Source: Felis catus (taxonomy: Eukaryota). From it: DNA of 64,000 nucleotides. How positions within the stretch are numbered: the first letter of the stretch is position 1; every line of letters begins with the position of its first letter. Shown here one piece after another: positions 36,971-51,085 of this stretch. Position numbers and translations under genes: made by a program. The notes beneath the pieces were generated by a model. That model saw nothing but the letters and a program-made list of their open reading frames with translations, was not told the origin of the DNA and did not search any database. The stretch covers positions 207,268,001 to 207,332,000 of the forward strand of contig NC_058368.1 in the NCBI RefSeq assembly GCF_018350175.1, given 5' to 3'.

Positions 36971-38522
36971 ACATGGGATAAAAACCAGAAAAAAAAAAAA
37001 AGTTTATACAATAAAGAAATCGGGAAGTACTGGGTGATGCTGGCTTTAACAAGACCATATTGCTTTTGGGTTTTAGGTATTTGAAATGAATGTCTTAAAA
37101 TAGCCGTTTCCGAGAACTTTTGGCTGTCTATTGGATCCGAAATCTCTGCAAATGCTGATTTTTTTTTTTCTCACGGTACATGAAATGTGCTTATATCCTT
37201 ACATTTTTCTTTAGGATAAACAATTTTTGAGCAAATAAGCAAAAAGGAAGAGACATTCATCTTTTTTTTTTTTTTTTAGCATATACTATACATGAAAAAG
37301 GCCATTACTGAGGGGGTTGGAAGTGATAACAGCAATTTTTCTCTGTAGGAAAGGAAATAACTTAGATTCAGGAAAAGTAGCTTGCTGACAAGGCAGTCAG
37401 TCACATGGCTCCCCAAAGGAAGTTAAAAGATTGGTTTTTTAAGGTCATAGTTCTATGGAAAGTGAAGTTGACGTTCACTTGAATAAAGCTTTCTGAGTAG
37501 ACTGTCAAAATAACCAGTAGAAGCACAGAAGGATGGGGTGGTAATGTCTCCCTCTGTGCTCCAAGCTTCTAAATGCCAAGTTAGATTATTTGCTGCAAGA
37601 GCAAACATATTGAAATGTGATGAGAAAATGCATATAGCGTATTTCCTTATTCAACATCCCTGTCCCATTCTCTGCAAGTAAATACATATTTTCTTGAACG
37701 AAACATCAAGAATAAATGGTTTGCAAAAATATGGTACCCCCCTTTTGTACGAATTGGATAAACAGCTTCTCCATATAAATATGCAGAATTTTTTTGTATA
37801 TTCATAAATGACACATTATCAAATAAAAATGTTTCTTTTATTTGTTATTTATACTTAAGAAGTAACAGAACTCAGAAATAACAGAATTTAAGAAAGCCTC
37901 ATAATATATGTGGACTCATAGAGCATGAGTGAGAAGGAAGATAAAATTAATTAAGCACCTAGATACTTCAGGTGCATACTGAGAACCATGGTATTATTAA
38001 TGTCATTAATTGAGAGTTGTGTCCAACGCTCAAAAACGAAGTGTCCTCAACATTTGGAGAGGTCTCCCAGGCTCCCCAAGCCCACTCAATGGTTATCTCA
38101 TCATAACATGGTTACCAGTGAACTTGGACTTGTTCTTATTCTAGATCAAGGATAATTTGGATCTAAGAGTAAGTGGGGATGAGCAAAGTGAAAGATTATT
38201 TTGCGCACCTCACTATGGATGGCTTTTCTTTTTCCGGGTTCTATTTCATGGCTCTCTTTTGGAAAGCAAGCTTGCTAAACTATAATAAAAGCATAGGATG
38301 CTACCTAGATAACGTGCATCTTCCTAGAATTGTATCTTCTTTTATAACCTTGGCAATTTATCATTCCTCCTACAAGGTGAGACATCCAAGTCAAATATCT
38401 AAACTTGATCACCACACAAACTCGAGTGTCAATACCAACACTGCAATTTACATGCTGTATACTGAGGCAAGTTGCCTCACCATGTCAAGTAAAATGGGAG
38501 TGATTAAAATGCCTTCATTGTA

Positions 38523-38655
38523 GGGTGCCTGGGTGGCTCAGTCGGTTAAGCATCCGACTTCGACTCAGGTCATAACCTTGCAGTTGGTGAGTCTGAGCCC
38601 CGCATCAGGCTCTGTGCTGACAGCTCAGAGCCTGGAGCCTGTTTCGGATTCTATG

Positions 38656-38699
<44 letters not shown>

Positions 38700-38762
38700 C
38701 CTCCCCTGCTCACACCCTGTCTGCCTCTCTCAAAAATAAGCATTAAAAAAATAAAAAATAAA
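38523..38762 (+). mobile_element. CanSINE inserted in a MIR
   Basis: Full SINE with (CT)n. TSD taaaatgccttcattgt (38505-38521) / taaaatgccttcactgt (38763-38779). Confidence 0.97.
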
Positions 38763-39199
38763 TAAAATGCCTTCACTGTGGGACTATTAAGAAGACTAAA
38801 TGTGATGCTCTAGGTTACACATTTGGTATCGTGCTCAGAGCTTAAATGGTAGCTGGGAGAGAAAAATGACATGGATATTTTCCGCTATCTGGAACTCATT
38901 ATTTTAAATAATAGTCTTTCCAATTCTTAAGGCCTCAAAAGTGCATACGTATTTCCTTTCATTAAGCCGAAAATCTATCTTATTCTTAATTTTGTCCACT
39001 AATAATTATTCTGTTCTCTGGAATACCACACACACACAAAAACAGTTTTTCAAGTATTTCCATTCCACTCAATAGTGAAACGTGCACTGCTGAGAAATAA
39101 AAATGAGCAAGACATAATTTCTGGCTGAAATCATCTCAGGTGATAGAGGAGAGGAGATACGTGTGCAGATGTGTCACATATTTAGAGTCTAGCGGTCCA

Positions 39200-39415
39200 G
39201 GGGCGCCTGGGTGGCGCAGTCGGTTAAGCGTCCGACTTCAGCCAGGTCACGATCTCGTGGTCTGTGAGTTCGAGCCCCGCGTCAGGCTCTGGGCTGACGG
39301 CTCAGAGCCTGGAGCCTGTTTCTGATTCTGTGTCTCCCTCTCTCTCTGCCCCTCCCCCGTTCATGCTCTGTCTCTCTCTGTCCCAAAAATAAATAAAAAT
39401 GTTGAAAAAAAAATT
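39200..39415 (+). mobile_element. Young-type SINEC_Fc
   Basis: CpG-rich 'ggggcgcctgggtggcgcagtcggttaagcgtccgacttcagccagg'. TSD tagagtctagcggtccag / tagagtgtagtggtccag. Confidence 0.98.
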
Positions 39416-40219
39416 TTTAGAGTGTAGTGGTCCAGTGGTACATGTTGTGCATTCAGTGATGAGTTTACGAGCAGCCTAAAAGTACAAGGACAATTACTGG
39501 AACGCAAGGAAGAAGAGAAGCGTGTGATTGGAAAGAATCTGTGGAGGAGGAGTTGCATCGTGCCCTGAGGGATGTATGAGACAAAATCTCGGACGAAATT
39601 GCATGTCCAAAGGCACCCGGCATATTCAGAAATCAGGGGGTTTGTGCAGTTTTGCCAAAGCAGGTTTTCCAAACTGTGGGCTGTCAGCGTGAATCTCTGG
39701 GGATTCGAGGCATATGTTAGTCTATAGATGCACCGATCATAGAGCAGCAACAGCGATAAAAAAAAAAAAAGTCTCATATAACTGTACTTTTTCTTCAATA
39801 TAACTTTGCTGTTGTTATAATTAATCTGGTTATAATTAATTCTATGTTCCCTTCGTCTGTGAGTACCCAAAGGAGAACTGCTAACATAGAAAGTCCGTGA
39901 AAATTGTTAACGTTAAAAAGAGGGCCATACATGAAAAGTTTGGGAACTACCAGGCCAGGGTACAAGGTACTGAGTAGAAAGAGACCATTCTTTCCCCTTG
40001 GCAAAGCCCCCTTTCCCTCTGGCCTATTCAAGGACATCACTCTGGCCATTCACCTCTGTTTCAACTTTTTTCTTACTATTACAGCTCTCATTATCGTACA
40101 AATATGCTGAGATGTCTCTCAGTCTGGAAGACAATTCATCTGAACGCTGCTTCTACCTCCAACCAACTACTTTATACAGAAAAAAAAAAAAAATACTAGG
40201 AAAAAAAGTTTTGTGCGTG

Positions 40220-41200
40220 CAGTTTCCGATTCCTATTCTGGTATTCTCTCTGCGGGCTTCACCTTCAAAATGTATCCGTTATGTGACATGTGACACCACC
40301 ACCCTGGCCCAAGCCACTACCATCTTGCTCTTGGATCCCAGGAGCCTCTGCGCTGGTCTTGCTGCTTTGTCCCCAAAGCAAGTCCCCTGCTGCTTTATTC
40401 CCAACATAAGCATCCAGAAGTATTGTGTGGAGGCAGAAGTCAGATCCTATCACTCTTCTGCTCAAAACCCCCCAGTGTTTTCCCATCTCATTCTCAGTGG
40501 GATCTGAGTCCCTCCAATGTTCCCTCAGGACCCATGCCCTCCACCTTGAGTTCCCTCCCCAAGTCCATCCCCAACCTGCTACTTCCTTATCCTTCCTCCA
40601 GCTTACTGGCAGATGTGGCCCATCTCAAATGATTAGGTGCCATATGTCTAATTAGCTACAAGCAAGTTTTCTCTTTTCTGTATGATTTCTATTGCTTGTA
40701 ATAGGTTGCTCTACAGTGAAAAATTAGCTTTGTCTGTGATGTGAATACATCTTTTAGAAACTCCATTAATGAAACACATTTATTTTTCTTTGTAATGTGT
40801 CCCAGTGATCTGCTATATATTCTTGGCTTTCATCCTCTTAAGGTGTCTTTATTATTGCATGCAATTGGCAGTTCCCTGATCCTTGGAAGTCTCTCCTGCT
40901 TTGTCTTCAGAGACACTGGTCCCGAGGCATATCTGCCGCCTCCATGTTCGGTCCCCAGGATCCTTCACAGGTTCTTCTGGAGCCCCAGCAGCCCTTCGGC
41001 GATTTACAGAACTCTCTTGGGCCCTGGCTCTTCCTACATACTCAACCTAGGAAATCTTATCCACTCCCTGTTTCAAATCCCCATCTGTACTCTGTGTATA
41101 ATTTAGCCCAGATTTCACTCCTAAGCTCTGTTCTCAATTGCCTACTAGTCGATACGTTGCAGTGTCACTTCCAATTTAACGTGTCCCAAATTGGAATCAT
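40220..41200 (+). mobile_element. L2 fragments
   Basis: 'accaccctggcccaagccactaccatc', 'atcactcttctgctcaaaaccc' and 'ccaatttaacgtgtcccaaa'. Confidence 0.65.
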
Positions 41201-43003
41201 TACATTCTTTGGCAGTCAAAGAATTGCTTTTTTAAGCAAATCATATCCTCTGTGAAAGCACCACCATCCATGGACACTCCACCCTAGAAATCTCCACGTC
41301 CTTGCCTGTCTGCCACATTGATATCCTTGCAGAGATCTTTAGGAGAAGGCATATTTCCCCAGACCACAGTCTGCATCTTTGAATAGAAGGATTTGTGCAG
41401 CTTAATGTGAATATATCCTTAAAATTGGGAACCATATCTTGCCTCCAGCAGAGCAATCTTTGGGCACCCTAAGACGATAGATGTGGATTGGTTTATGTTC
41501 TGGCTCTGCCTTTTGCAATCTCAGGTTAGTGGCCTTTTGTGAATCTCAGTTTTCTCATCTACCAAATGGGGATAGCAATTATTACCTCATATTTTCTCTG
41601 AAAAGAAGAAGCAAAATAAATTGTATGCTGGTTCCTAGTGGGATACTGATACTTTCCAGAGACACTCAAAACACTTCATTTCCCTCATTCTTTCCTATCA
41701 CATAAGGAGATCATACTTACTTAAAAATTCCTCTGCTCAGGTATGTTTGAAATGTGTCCCCTCCCCTTAAGAACAGGTTACAAAGTAATTTACCTGCGAT
41801 TTCATATCGATAAAGCCAAGGGAGATAGCTGGAGGGTGGGACTCAACTGACTTACACGCCTCCTGACTTATCTGGAATGCACAAGTGAGTTCTCAGTGAA
41901 ATCTTATTACAAGATGGTGGATGACCTTGTCTTGTTCTGAGGAGTAATGGGAGCTAGTCCCTGACACTCTTATACTCAGCTCATTGGAACTTTACTCCAG
42001 AACTAGTTAACAGAATTCAAGTTGCGGATTGATGGCAATTCAAACCCGGGCTCCGAGTGACTGCTGGAATTCAAATCCCTTCACTCACGGTGTGGCCCAG
42101 GGTCAGTTGCTGGATTTCTCTGTGCCTCAGTGATAATGGAGGGCTGCTGTGGGGATTGAATAACATACTCAATGTAAAGGACGTAAGAAGAAGCATTTAT
42201 TTAACCATCAAGCCAGAGCCACTGAGCAAATTTTCTCAGGGAATGAGCATCATCTGGAGGTTTCTAGACAGAAGAGGAGAGGAGGATGACCCAGTTTAAG
42301 GAGAATATCAAAATTATATTAAGCAGGAATTATGACAATTGAAAGACATCCAAGAGTTTTTAAATATTGGTTTTAAATATTGTTCTATATATCTCATTCT
42401 TTAGGTTCTGGGATAAAGTCACGTTTCTTGCTTAGTGCATAGTTTAGAGCACTAAATACGGAGCGGGGGGGGGGGGGGTGTTTAGAGCAAGGCTCTTTTA
42501 ATAAAAGCCCAAGCGCTATTCTTATATATTCCTGTACCTCCGCATTGTTCACACACAGGGGTGATTTGTCCTTGGACTTACGCTTCCATTAACAGACACG
42601 ACTCCCCACTTCAGACAGCTGTTATTGAAATGCATATGACCCTAAAGAGAAATATGTAACTCATATAGGACTTGAATTTCCAAAGTTTGCATTGTCAAAC
42701 ATATGAAATTACGGCATATACGACAAGCGAGTAGTAAGACTTTTTGTGTGTTTCAAGAATGATTTCAAGTGGATAATGACAACCAACCTTACTGGCATCC
42801 ATGTGACCCTTTAACCACAGACTTAATTCAAAGCCCTTCATTGTTCCTTCTCCTAAACTTCCTTCCCAGGACACACTTTCCTCTTGACTCCCTAAATACC
42901 TCACCACTAGATTCCCTGGTAGGTACTGCATATTCACTGAAGTCAAAGAATTCTGTGTCTCCGTATACCTGCACATTATCTACATTAAAGCTCTGATATT
43001 CTT

Positions 43004-43220
43004 TAAAATATTATTTAATATTTATTTATTTTTGAGAGACAGAGAAGACAGAGCATGAGCAGGAGAGGGGAAGAGAGAGAGGGAGACACAGAATCTGAAG
43101 CAGTCGCCAGGCTCTGAGCTGTCAGCACAGAGCCTGACGCAAGGTTCGAACCCACAAACCATGAGATCATAACCTGAGCCAAAGTCGGTCGCTTAACCGA
43201 CTGAAACACCCAGGTGCCCC
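43004..43220 (-). mobile_element. CanSINE
   Basis: Reverse SINE. TSD aaagctctgatattctt (42987-43003) / aaacctctgatattctt (43221-43237). Confidence 0.97.
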
Positions 43221-43459
43221 AAACCTCTGATATTCTTGGATAGAGTTGGGGCATGGAATTTTAGCACTGAATAAATATCCTATTTCCTGACCTCATCAAG
43301 CATTATGGGACTCCAGAAATCATATTTACTATCTAGCCAAGCAATCCTCGCCACCATATAGAGGTATTCTTATCTTTTCTATCCCTATAATTTTATTATG
43401 AAGTAGTGACCAAAATAGGTGGGAAAGGTCCAATTTTTTTCCCCCTGGCTACCGCAGGG

Positions 43460-43660
43460 GGATCTGGGCTACCTGGAGCAAACCACTTACTAGTTTTCTT
43501 TCTCAGCTTCCTCATCTGAAAACAGATATTGTAACAATGCTACCTACCTCATAGGATTATTGTGAAGATGAATCAAGGGAGTTTATATAAAATGGATGGA
43601 ACCGTACCTGGCATGCATTAAGTGCTTAATAAATATAAGCTATTATTAGCTCTGTTATTA
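43460..43660 (+). mobile_element. MIR SINE
   Basis: 'ctcagcttcctcatctgaaaa...tacctacctcataggattattgtgaagat...cctggca...taagtgcttaataaat'. Confidence 0.85.
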
Positions 43661-44744
43661 TTTTCATTTTAGTCAATTCCTGAAGAGACAACACTCTAAG
43701 ACAAGGTACCGTATGGAATGTCACAACGTATGGACACCTCTCGTGCTTCAAATCATAGTCCAAGGCTACTCAGCTAAGAAGGCCAGACTCCCTGCAGGCG
43801 GCAGCCATATACATTCACAGCCTAAGTGGAGTGAATACTGGGCAGGAAAGGCAAAAAAATAAATTAATTAAAATAGAAGCACACTGTCAAGCCATGTGTT
43901 AAAAAACAAAGCTGGCATTTTCACGTTGGTTTTTTTTTTGTTTTGTTTTGTTTTTTTTTGTTTTTTTCAGCCTGGGAATCTTTCAGGGTTTGACTTTCTG
44001 GTCTCAGTCAGGCATGGAGAAGAACCAACTAAGTACCGACATGAAAAATATTCACCTAAATTCTATGCATTTCATTTCCAACCAACTCTCTCGAGACAAA
44101 CAGAGTTCACATTTGAGCAACTGTCCTGAGCTTACCCCTCCTTATTAGAATGCTGAGTAATAGAGTCCATGAGTTTAGCCCTGTTATGACAAGAACTCAT
44201 TTTAATCAGAAGGAAAGCAATTACCACTTCATCTGAGAGAGCTGATATGATTACGTGGCTAAGAAAGGCATTCATTCATTTTAAAAAATGACAACAGCCC
44301 TCATTCTCTACATGCATATGACAATACTGTTTACGGCCTATCATGTGAAGAAGCTACTTCAACATTCTCCTACAGATATAAGAGACTTAAATGGCAGAAC
44401 TGTAAAGGCAAAAACAAGATAGTATGTAATTAGCAGGTGACGTAGTAGGTAATATAGAATATCTGCAAGCCTGAGTACCCTGAAGTAATTTGTTACAAAA
44501 CCTTATCTTCAATTTCACATAAACCATCAGACCATATTAGACACCTACACAAAATTGTAACTGACTGGATTGAACAAGAAGAATAAGAACCTGAATGTAA
44601 ACTGTGTTTTAAATAGAAATGTCAACGCCTTTAGCGGTGAATTATTTAGGGTAAGAAAAAAAAAATGAAAAGGAAAGAAAGAAAGGCAAAGTCTCTCTTG
44701 ACCCATCAAGAAAATAGGAATGTATAAAAATGAAGTTTGAGGAA

Positions 44745-44745
44745 T

Positions 44746-44782
<37 letters not shown>

Positions 44783-44805
44783 AAAGAAAGAAAGAAAGAG
44801 AAAGA
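44745..44805. repeat. (GAAA)n microsatellite
   Basis: Directly visible. Confidence 0.95.
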
Positions 44806-45679
44806 AGTTGAGTATTATAATTGAAAAGAGAGAAAGTTTAGACAATGAAATTAACATTTTCTTAAGATGATTTGGGAGAGAAAAAGAGTCTTAGATGACT
44901 AAGGACATATGTTAAGGGTGATGAAAGACTGAAGGAGAAAACAGATTCTGGAAGGAAGTAGAAAAATATGATTCACTATAAGAAAGGGGGAAATAAGCTT
45001 TAAAATTGAGACAGAGACAAGAGACAGGGAAAGATGGAGAAACATGCCTTACATTTTATTACACAGTACACTTTCTAGAGCCTTTAGCAAAAGCTGTCTT
45101 TCTTCATTCTTACTTCCAAAACTAGGCTTTTAAATTATCCTGTGTTCTTCCCTCAGTGGAAAATGCCTTGAATCTAGATACAGATGATCTCAAAGATCCC
45201 ACTGACCTCAGGCCAGGCATCCAGGCCCTGTGGAGAGGGTTGCTGAGAAACAGGGCGGGAAAGCGTCATAAGGAGAGTTCTCTCACATTAGAGGCAAATA
45301 ACACAGATGCAAAATCTGGGACATGTAAATGAAGAAAGTATAAAGGAGCAAGGGATAAGCAATGCAACATCTATAATGATCCATTGCCTAGCAGTGTTCC
45401 CAAGAGCTGGAGCTCAGTCTTGACCTTGAGAGAAGGACAAACTCAAGGACAATCTAGGTATTCCCGAATGAGGAAAGAACATAAACAAACGCAGAGGTGG
45501 AAACACTCCTGTGCATTTATAGGACAACGAATGGGGAAAATACACTCAATAGGACTGGCTGGGTCCTACAAAGGTTCCCAACTATCCACCACAGGAGATA
45601 GGACTTTTCACCTTCATAACATGTGAAGCCACTGGAGGATTTTGAATGCAGGAGAATCATTATAAAAGAAATACCTTAT

Positions 45680-45875
45680 GGGGTGCTCAGTCAGATAAGG
45701 GTCCAACGCCTCCTCAGGTCATGATCTCGAGGTTTGTGAGTTCGTGCCCCACGTCGGGCTCTGTGCAGTTCAGGGCCTGGAACCTGCTTTGGATTCTGTG
45801 TCTCCCTCTTTCTCTGTCCTTCCCCCACTCTCCCTCTGTCTCTCTCTCTCTCTCAAAAATAAATAAACATTTTTA
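45680..45875 (+). mobile_element. CanSINE (older, host element)
   Basis: Diverged SINE head and body with (CT)n. Its tail is interrupted by an inverted SINE and resumes at about 46096. Confidence 0.93.
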
Positions 45876-46095
45876 AATATATTTCTTTTTTTTTTTAACG
45901 TTTATTTTTGAGACAGAGAGAGACAGAGCATGAATGGGGGAGGGTCAGAGAGAGAGGGAGACACAGAATCAGAAACAGGCTCCAGGCTCTGAGCCGTCAG
46001 CACAGAGCCTGACGCGGGGCTCGAACTCACAGACTGCGAGATCATGACCTGAGCCGAAGTCGGCCGCTTAACCGACTGCGCCACCCAGGCGCCCC
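45876..46095 (-). mobile_element. CanSINE (younger), inserted antisense into the previous SINE's tail
   Basis: CpG-rich reverse SINE. TSD taaataaacattttt (45860-45874) / taaatgaacattttt (46096-46110). Confidence 0.96.
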
Positions 46096-47179
46096 TAAAT
46101 GAACATTTTTTAAAAAATCTTTTAAAAATTAAAAAAAAGAAGCATCTTAGAAAATTTGCTTTGATGGCAGTGTGCAGAACAGAAGGAAGAACCAGAAAGC
46201 AGGACCGAACCTGTTTCAATAGCCCACGTATCAGATGATGCAATAAGGCAGCAGTCTAAATTGTTGCATTAAGTGTGGAAGCGTGGATCAAGAGACTGTA
46301 TAAAGAAAAATGACTTGCTATTGGGGTTGGAGGAGAATAATGAGACTCTGCATCATCCTACTTGATGGCTAATCCCTCTTTTATTATTATCTGTTTGTTT
46401 GAAAGATCTTTTGGCACTTAATCATAGTTGCTGAATGATACTTTAACTCATAGGCATGCTTATCTTATCTTGCCTGACTTAATGATCTGATCTCTCATAC
46501 CTACCACCAATCTTATCAAAAAACACAGATGTTTAGCCATTTCTAGGCAAATTTTCAATTTCTCATATGAGTCTCTTCTATGATACAGTTCAGTGGAAAA
46601 AAAATATCTGCAACATATATTTCATTGAATTCTCTAAGATGGTTAGTGAACAATCACACCTCCAGAGAACACCTTGATTATGAAAAGAGGCTTCTGAGGT
46701 CATCCTCAGTACTAACAAAGAATGAGGAATATAAATACCACAAGTAAAACACCACAGAGAATCTGAAAAACAGTATTTTTATAGCTCTGATTTGAATCCA
46801 CACAGGTAATTAGGCTTCTATCTGAATTCCTTCTAAAAACAAAAAGTCTTGAAGAGTCACCATTACATAGTTTTCTGCTAACAAAATGAGGGCAAAATAT
46901 GTGAGCTTCGAATTCTCACCCCATCCCTGAGACAAAGGGGGAGACAGAAGGGAGACAGATCAAGGGCACAGGTGAACACCAAAACATACCATCTACCTAT
47001 CCCTAGGGGACACGTCATGAGCTCTCCGGCCATTGTTCTATTGTAACTGATATCACTTGCATGTCTATAGTCATCCCAACGAGCCTCACCTGTCCAAAAG
47101 GCCCTCACGTTCATAATCAGTCTCTCCACCACCCCAAACATGGAGCGCCTCCAAGGTTGCCTCTCACACTGCAGCCAGT

Positions 47180-47930
47180 CACAGGAGCTAGATTCTTAAG
47201 GGTTATTCTTGAAATCCTCCTCATCCTAACTCCCCATGGCAAATCAGTGCAACTCAAATCAAGTCTCCAACTACTATTAAACCTACTGTATAATATGATT
47301 TGAATCCAACTACTACCTCCCTTCTCTTGCAAAACACCGTGAACGTTCATCAAGTCTGAGACAATGGAGTCCTTATTTTCTCCACATCCAGTTTTCCCTT
47401 CTGTGGTGCATTCCACACACAAAGTCCAGAGGACTCCTTTTTCTGTAATGTATTTTCTATTGTTATATCGCCATCTTCACTAAATGGTTCAGCGGCCTCC
47501 CATCACACTTCCCTCTGCACTCTACGCGCAAAGACCTGTAAGACCTTGCCCTTACCAAACTCCTCTCCCCTGTTTACCTTGCTTCAGAGATTCCTGCCTT
47601 CTCTCCATTCCTCAAGCATACTCTTCATGTACTGTTCTCTTCGTGTTTACCTGCAATTTGCCCATCTTCAGAGAGACCATTCCAGAACTCATCAAACTAC
47701 ATTAGCTCCCCTGATTGTTTTCTCCCTTGTAGGATTAATCCTGCTGCATAGTACCAATGATCACCTAGTCTGTAACTTTCTATATGTATTTGTATATTTA
47801 TTTCCTTAATATCTGCTTCCTCCACAGGCTGTAAATACCATGAAAACAGAAATCTTTCTCACTATATCCCTGAGGAATAGGACTGGTCTAATATCCAGCA
47901 TGAGCCTAATAAACACTTGATAAATAAGTG
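47180..47930 (+). mobile_element. L2 LINE 3' region
   Basis: Ends 'ctgtaaataccatgaaaacaga...cctaataaacacttgataaataagtgaatg'. Confidence 0.7.
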
Positions 47931-48479
47931 AATGTAAAATGTAACAGCCAGTAGGGCAGGAAACAAACTGGTTTCCTGTTATATTCCTACCACCTTGGGA
48001 TCTCTGTGCTAGGATCTGTGGTAGATGCCTCTAAAATATTAGTTAAATATTAGTTAAATATTAGTTAAATAAATAGAGGGGGAGGGCTCACTGCTTTTCC
48101 CACTAAGAGCTAATTCCATTGAAAGATTGGCTTACTTATAGAAAATTTCTCAAAGTGAGTTGGATTCTCTCAGTTTATCACTTCTATAGTTCCACCCTTT
48201 GATTGAGGCCAGACTAGACAGGATAAGATTAGTGTCTCTTCAGCGTGAAGCTGGGACATACCATGTCCCTCCTATGTCTTCCCTCAAACAGCCTTCAGGT
48301 GAATGAGATGACTTCCAGACGCTTCCTCATTCTGCTTGTTGTTCCCTGCTTATACGATAGTTTTGTAACTTTTCCTCTTGAAATGCATTGTCCCAAACTG
48401 TATCTGTGACATATACTAAGATATTATTATTTCCACATTTCTGTACTGGATATTTTTATTAACATTGCCTAATTATATA

Positions 48480-48730
48480 CCTTGGCAGTCAGACTCTAGA
48501 ATTAATTTATGTTGAACTTTCAGTCTACTACTAAATCCCAGGAATGTGATTAAACCAGGTCATCTACCTCCAGTACTAAAGCATTTAATTTTCTAAACCT
48601 AAGTCAGGATCTTACCTTTATCCCTAGTTAACAATGAGATTTAACTCTGATTTCCATACCTGAGATCTTTTTAAGTCCTGGTTCTGTCATACAGTGCACT
48701 AACTTGTCTGAGTTTTATGTCATCCAAGAC
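48480..48730 (-). mobile_element. L3/CR1 fragment (very ancient)
   Basis: 'aacctaagtcaggatcttacctttatccctagttaa...gagatctttttaagtcctggttctgtcat...atgtcatc' resembles recalled antisense L3. Confidence 0.55.
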
Positions 48731-48762
48731 CCCCAAATGTTGACTGTACCTTCATTCTTAAA

Positions 48763-48975
48763 TTTTTTTTTCAATGTTTATTTATTTTTTGGGACAGAGA
48801 GAGACAGAGCATGAACGGGGGAGGGACAGAGAGAGAGGGAGACACAGAATGGGAAGCAGGCTCCAGGCTCCGAGCCATCAGCCCAGAGCCCAACGCGGGG
48901 CTCGAACTCACGGACCGCGAGATCGTGACCTGGCTGAAGTCGGACGCTTAACCAACTGCGCCACCCAGGCGCCCC
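48763..48975 (-). mobile_element. Young-type SINEC_Fc
   Basis: CpG-rich. Perfect 18-bp TSD tgtaccttcattcttaaa (48745-48762 / 48976-48993). Confidence 0.98.
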
Positions 48976-50761
48976 TGTACCTTCATTCTTAAAACTCTGT
49001 TTTCTCATCTTCTAAGAAATCACTCTCTCCTAGTTCTCGGTCCACTTTCTAATTGCTCCTTCTCAGTCACCGGTGAGGCTCCTCCTCCAGACTGGGCTAG
49101 TGTCTGGACTGAAAATACAAAGGTGAATAAGTCACAGCCTTTGCCCTCAAGCCCATTTCCCAAAATTCCCATGGCTTTCACTTATTACCAGTTAATTTTT
49201 CCCATAAGCATTGTTAAAAATGTATGCTCTGCTAAATCCTAAACCAATGTATCCAGTCTGATAAGTTCTCTTGAACTGTAGCTGTTTATTTGAATGGTTT
49301 ACTGGGCTTCACTTAATAACCCCGTAAGAAATTTCAAATTCAACATGGTCCAAACTTAACTCATTGTTTAGCCCTACTCCTAACCACTCTCAGGACACTT
49401 CCTCTATTCCAGATCCTGATTGAGGGTACCAGTATTTGCCCAGTCATCTAAACTAGCAAACCTAAAGTTACCCCAGATTTCCTATTATTTATCTTTCACA
49501 TAAAATGGCTCACCAGGTCCTGTCAACTCATCCTCATAAATATCTCAAATACCTCTCTTCCTCCATGTTCCTACTGCTACAATTTTAGTTGTCGTCTATC
49601 AAAGGGATTACTTTTATATTCTTCTAACTGATTTCCATACCTCTAATACCATTCTTCACAAATTCATCCTCCACACTGCTGTCAGGACACCGGAAAGAAG
49701 CGGGGAGGTTTACAAAACACGTATTCTGTATAGAAACAAGATTTCAGTGGGCAAGAGAAGTAATAAATCATGAGGCAGAGAAAAAATAATCTAGGAAAAT
49801 AAGATGGAGCCAGGTATAACATCTAAAAATTCTTGTTTCTTACTGGAACCCTGATGCTACATGTGTTATCTCACTCGATCACAAACACCCTATGAAGACT
49901 GATAAGGAAATTGAAAGGTGAACATGTCCAAGGTCATTTGGTTAGCAAACTAGTAGATCTGAACCCAAATTGTCTGTCTCTAGAGGTCATGTTCTTAATC
50001 ACTCACTATACTGCCTCCTAAGAATGAAATAGAAGTACAAACGTCATGCCACAAAATTTTATATACTTGCTAGAGGCAGCCAACAGATTTAACTGTCTAA
50101 CAGCCCACACAAAGAGGAAAGGAAACAGTTGTAAGATTCACAGTGTTGGAAAATAAAAGCAAACTAGCTGCCCATGGGAAACACTGCACTGCTTACTGCT
50201 AAGACTGATTAAAAAAAAAAAAAAATGAGTGCAAACTGACATAAGTCAATTCAGCTGCTCAAAACTGTCAAGTTCTTTACAGCCTCTGACGGTCAGAGGT
50301 GCATAAGAGCTGTGAGCTCCTTCCACAACAGCCACACCACGCCACAGTTATGCTGCGATGAGAGTAGTCTTTAAAGTCTGATGTTCTTTTCAACATTTAG
50401 TAACCCCCAGACACAAAACACGGTCACATGGTCTTACAGATTTGGTAAGGTCTCAGCTTCTGCCTCAAGCACTCAGGCAAGGACCTTGCAAGAATGGTTT
50501 ACTCAACCTGAAATTAACATAACGCATGTCAACTAAATTTGAATAAGGAAAAACAAAAAAAGAATGGTTTCCTCAAGGCAGACTTGGTCATATTCTAGCA
50601 GCCAAATCAACCAGCCCTCCGGCCTTACCAGGTTACGGAATCCACTGTTGAGGGGCAGGACACCTTCATCCCATTCATGTGAGGACAATGGGACCTTTAC
50701 AATATTTCCGATGAATCTACCAACATTGAATGCTAGTCCAACACCTGTTCTATCGTCCTTT

Positions 50762-51085
50762 GCAGGAGTTCTTAAATTCTTTGTGCCATAGACCCATTTG
50801 GCAGTCTGACTAGCCTGTGGACTACTTCTTGGATTAATGTTTTTAAATGCATTACAACCATGATACTTCAAAGAGAGCCAATTATATTGGAATGCAGTTA
50901 TCAAAAATAGTGTACTAAAACTTCATGCTTCTCTTTTGAATCATGAGACAATAAGGCCTAAAAACCACTGTAGTAGTAGTAATGATTAATGAGTCTAAAC
51001 TTTACATTGAGATTCTGCAGTAACTATAATGCTATGTGAAAATTGATCAGATTGTTGGTGAACCCCAAATCAAGTTAAAGGATGC
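50762..51085. mobile_element. hAT-Charlie DNA transposon fossil
   Basis: Terminus 'caggagttcttaa...tgtgccatagacccatttggcagtctg...taatgtttttaaatgcat...ccaattatattggaatgcagttatcaaaa'. Confidence 0.6.
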
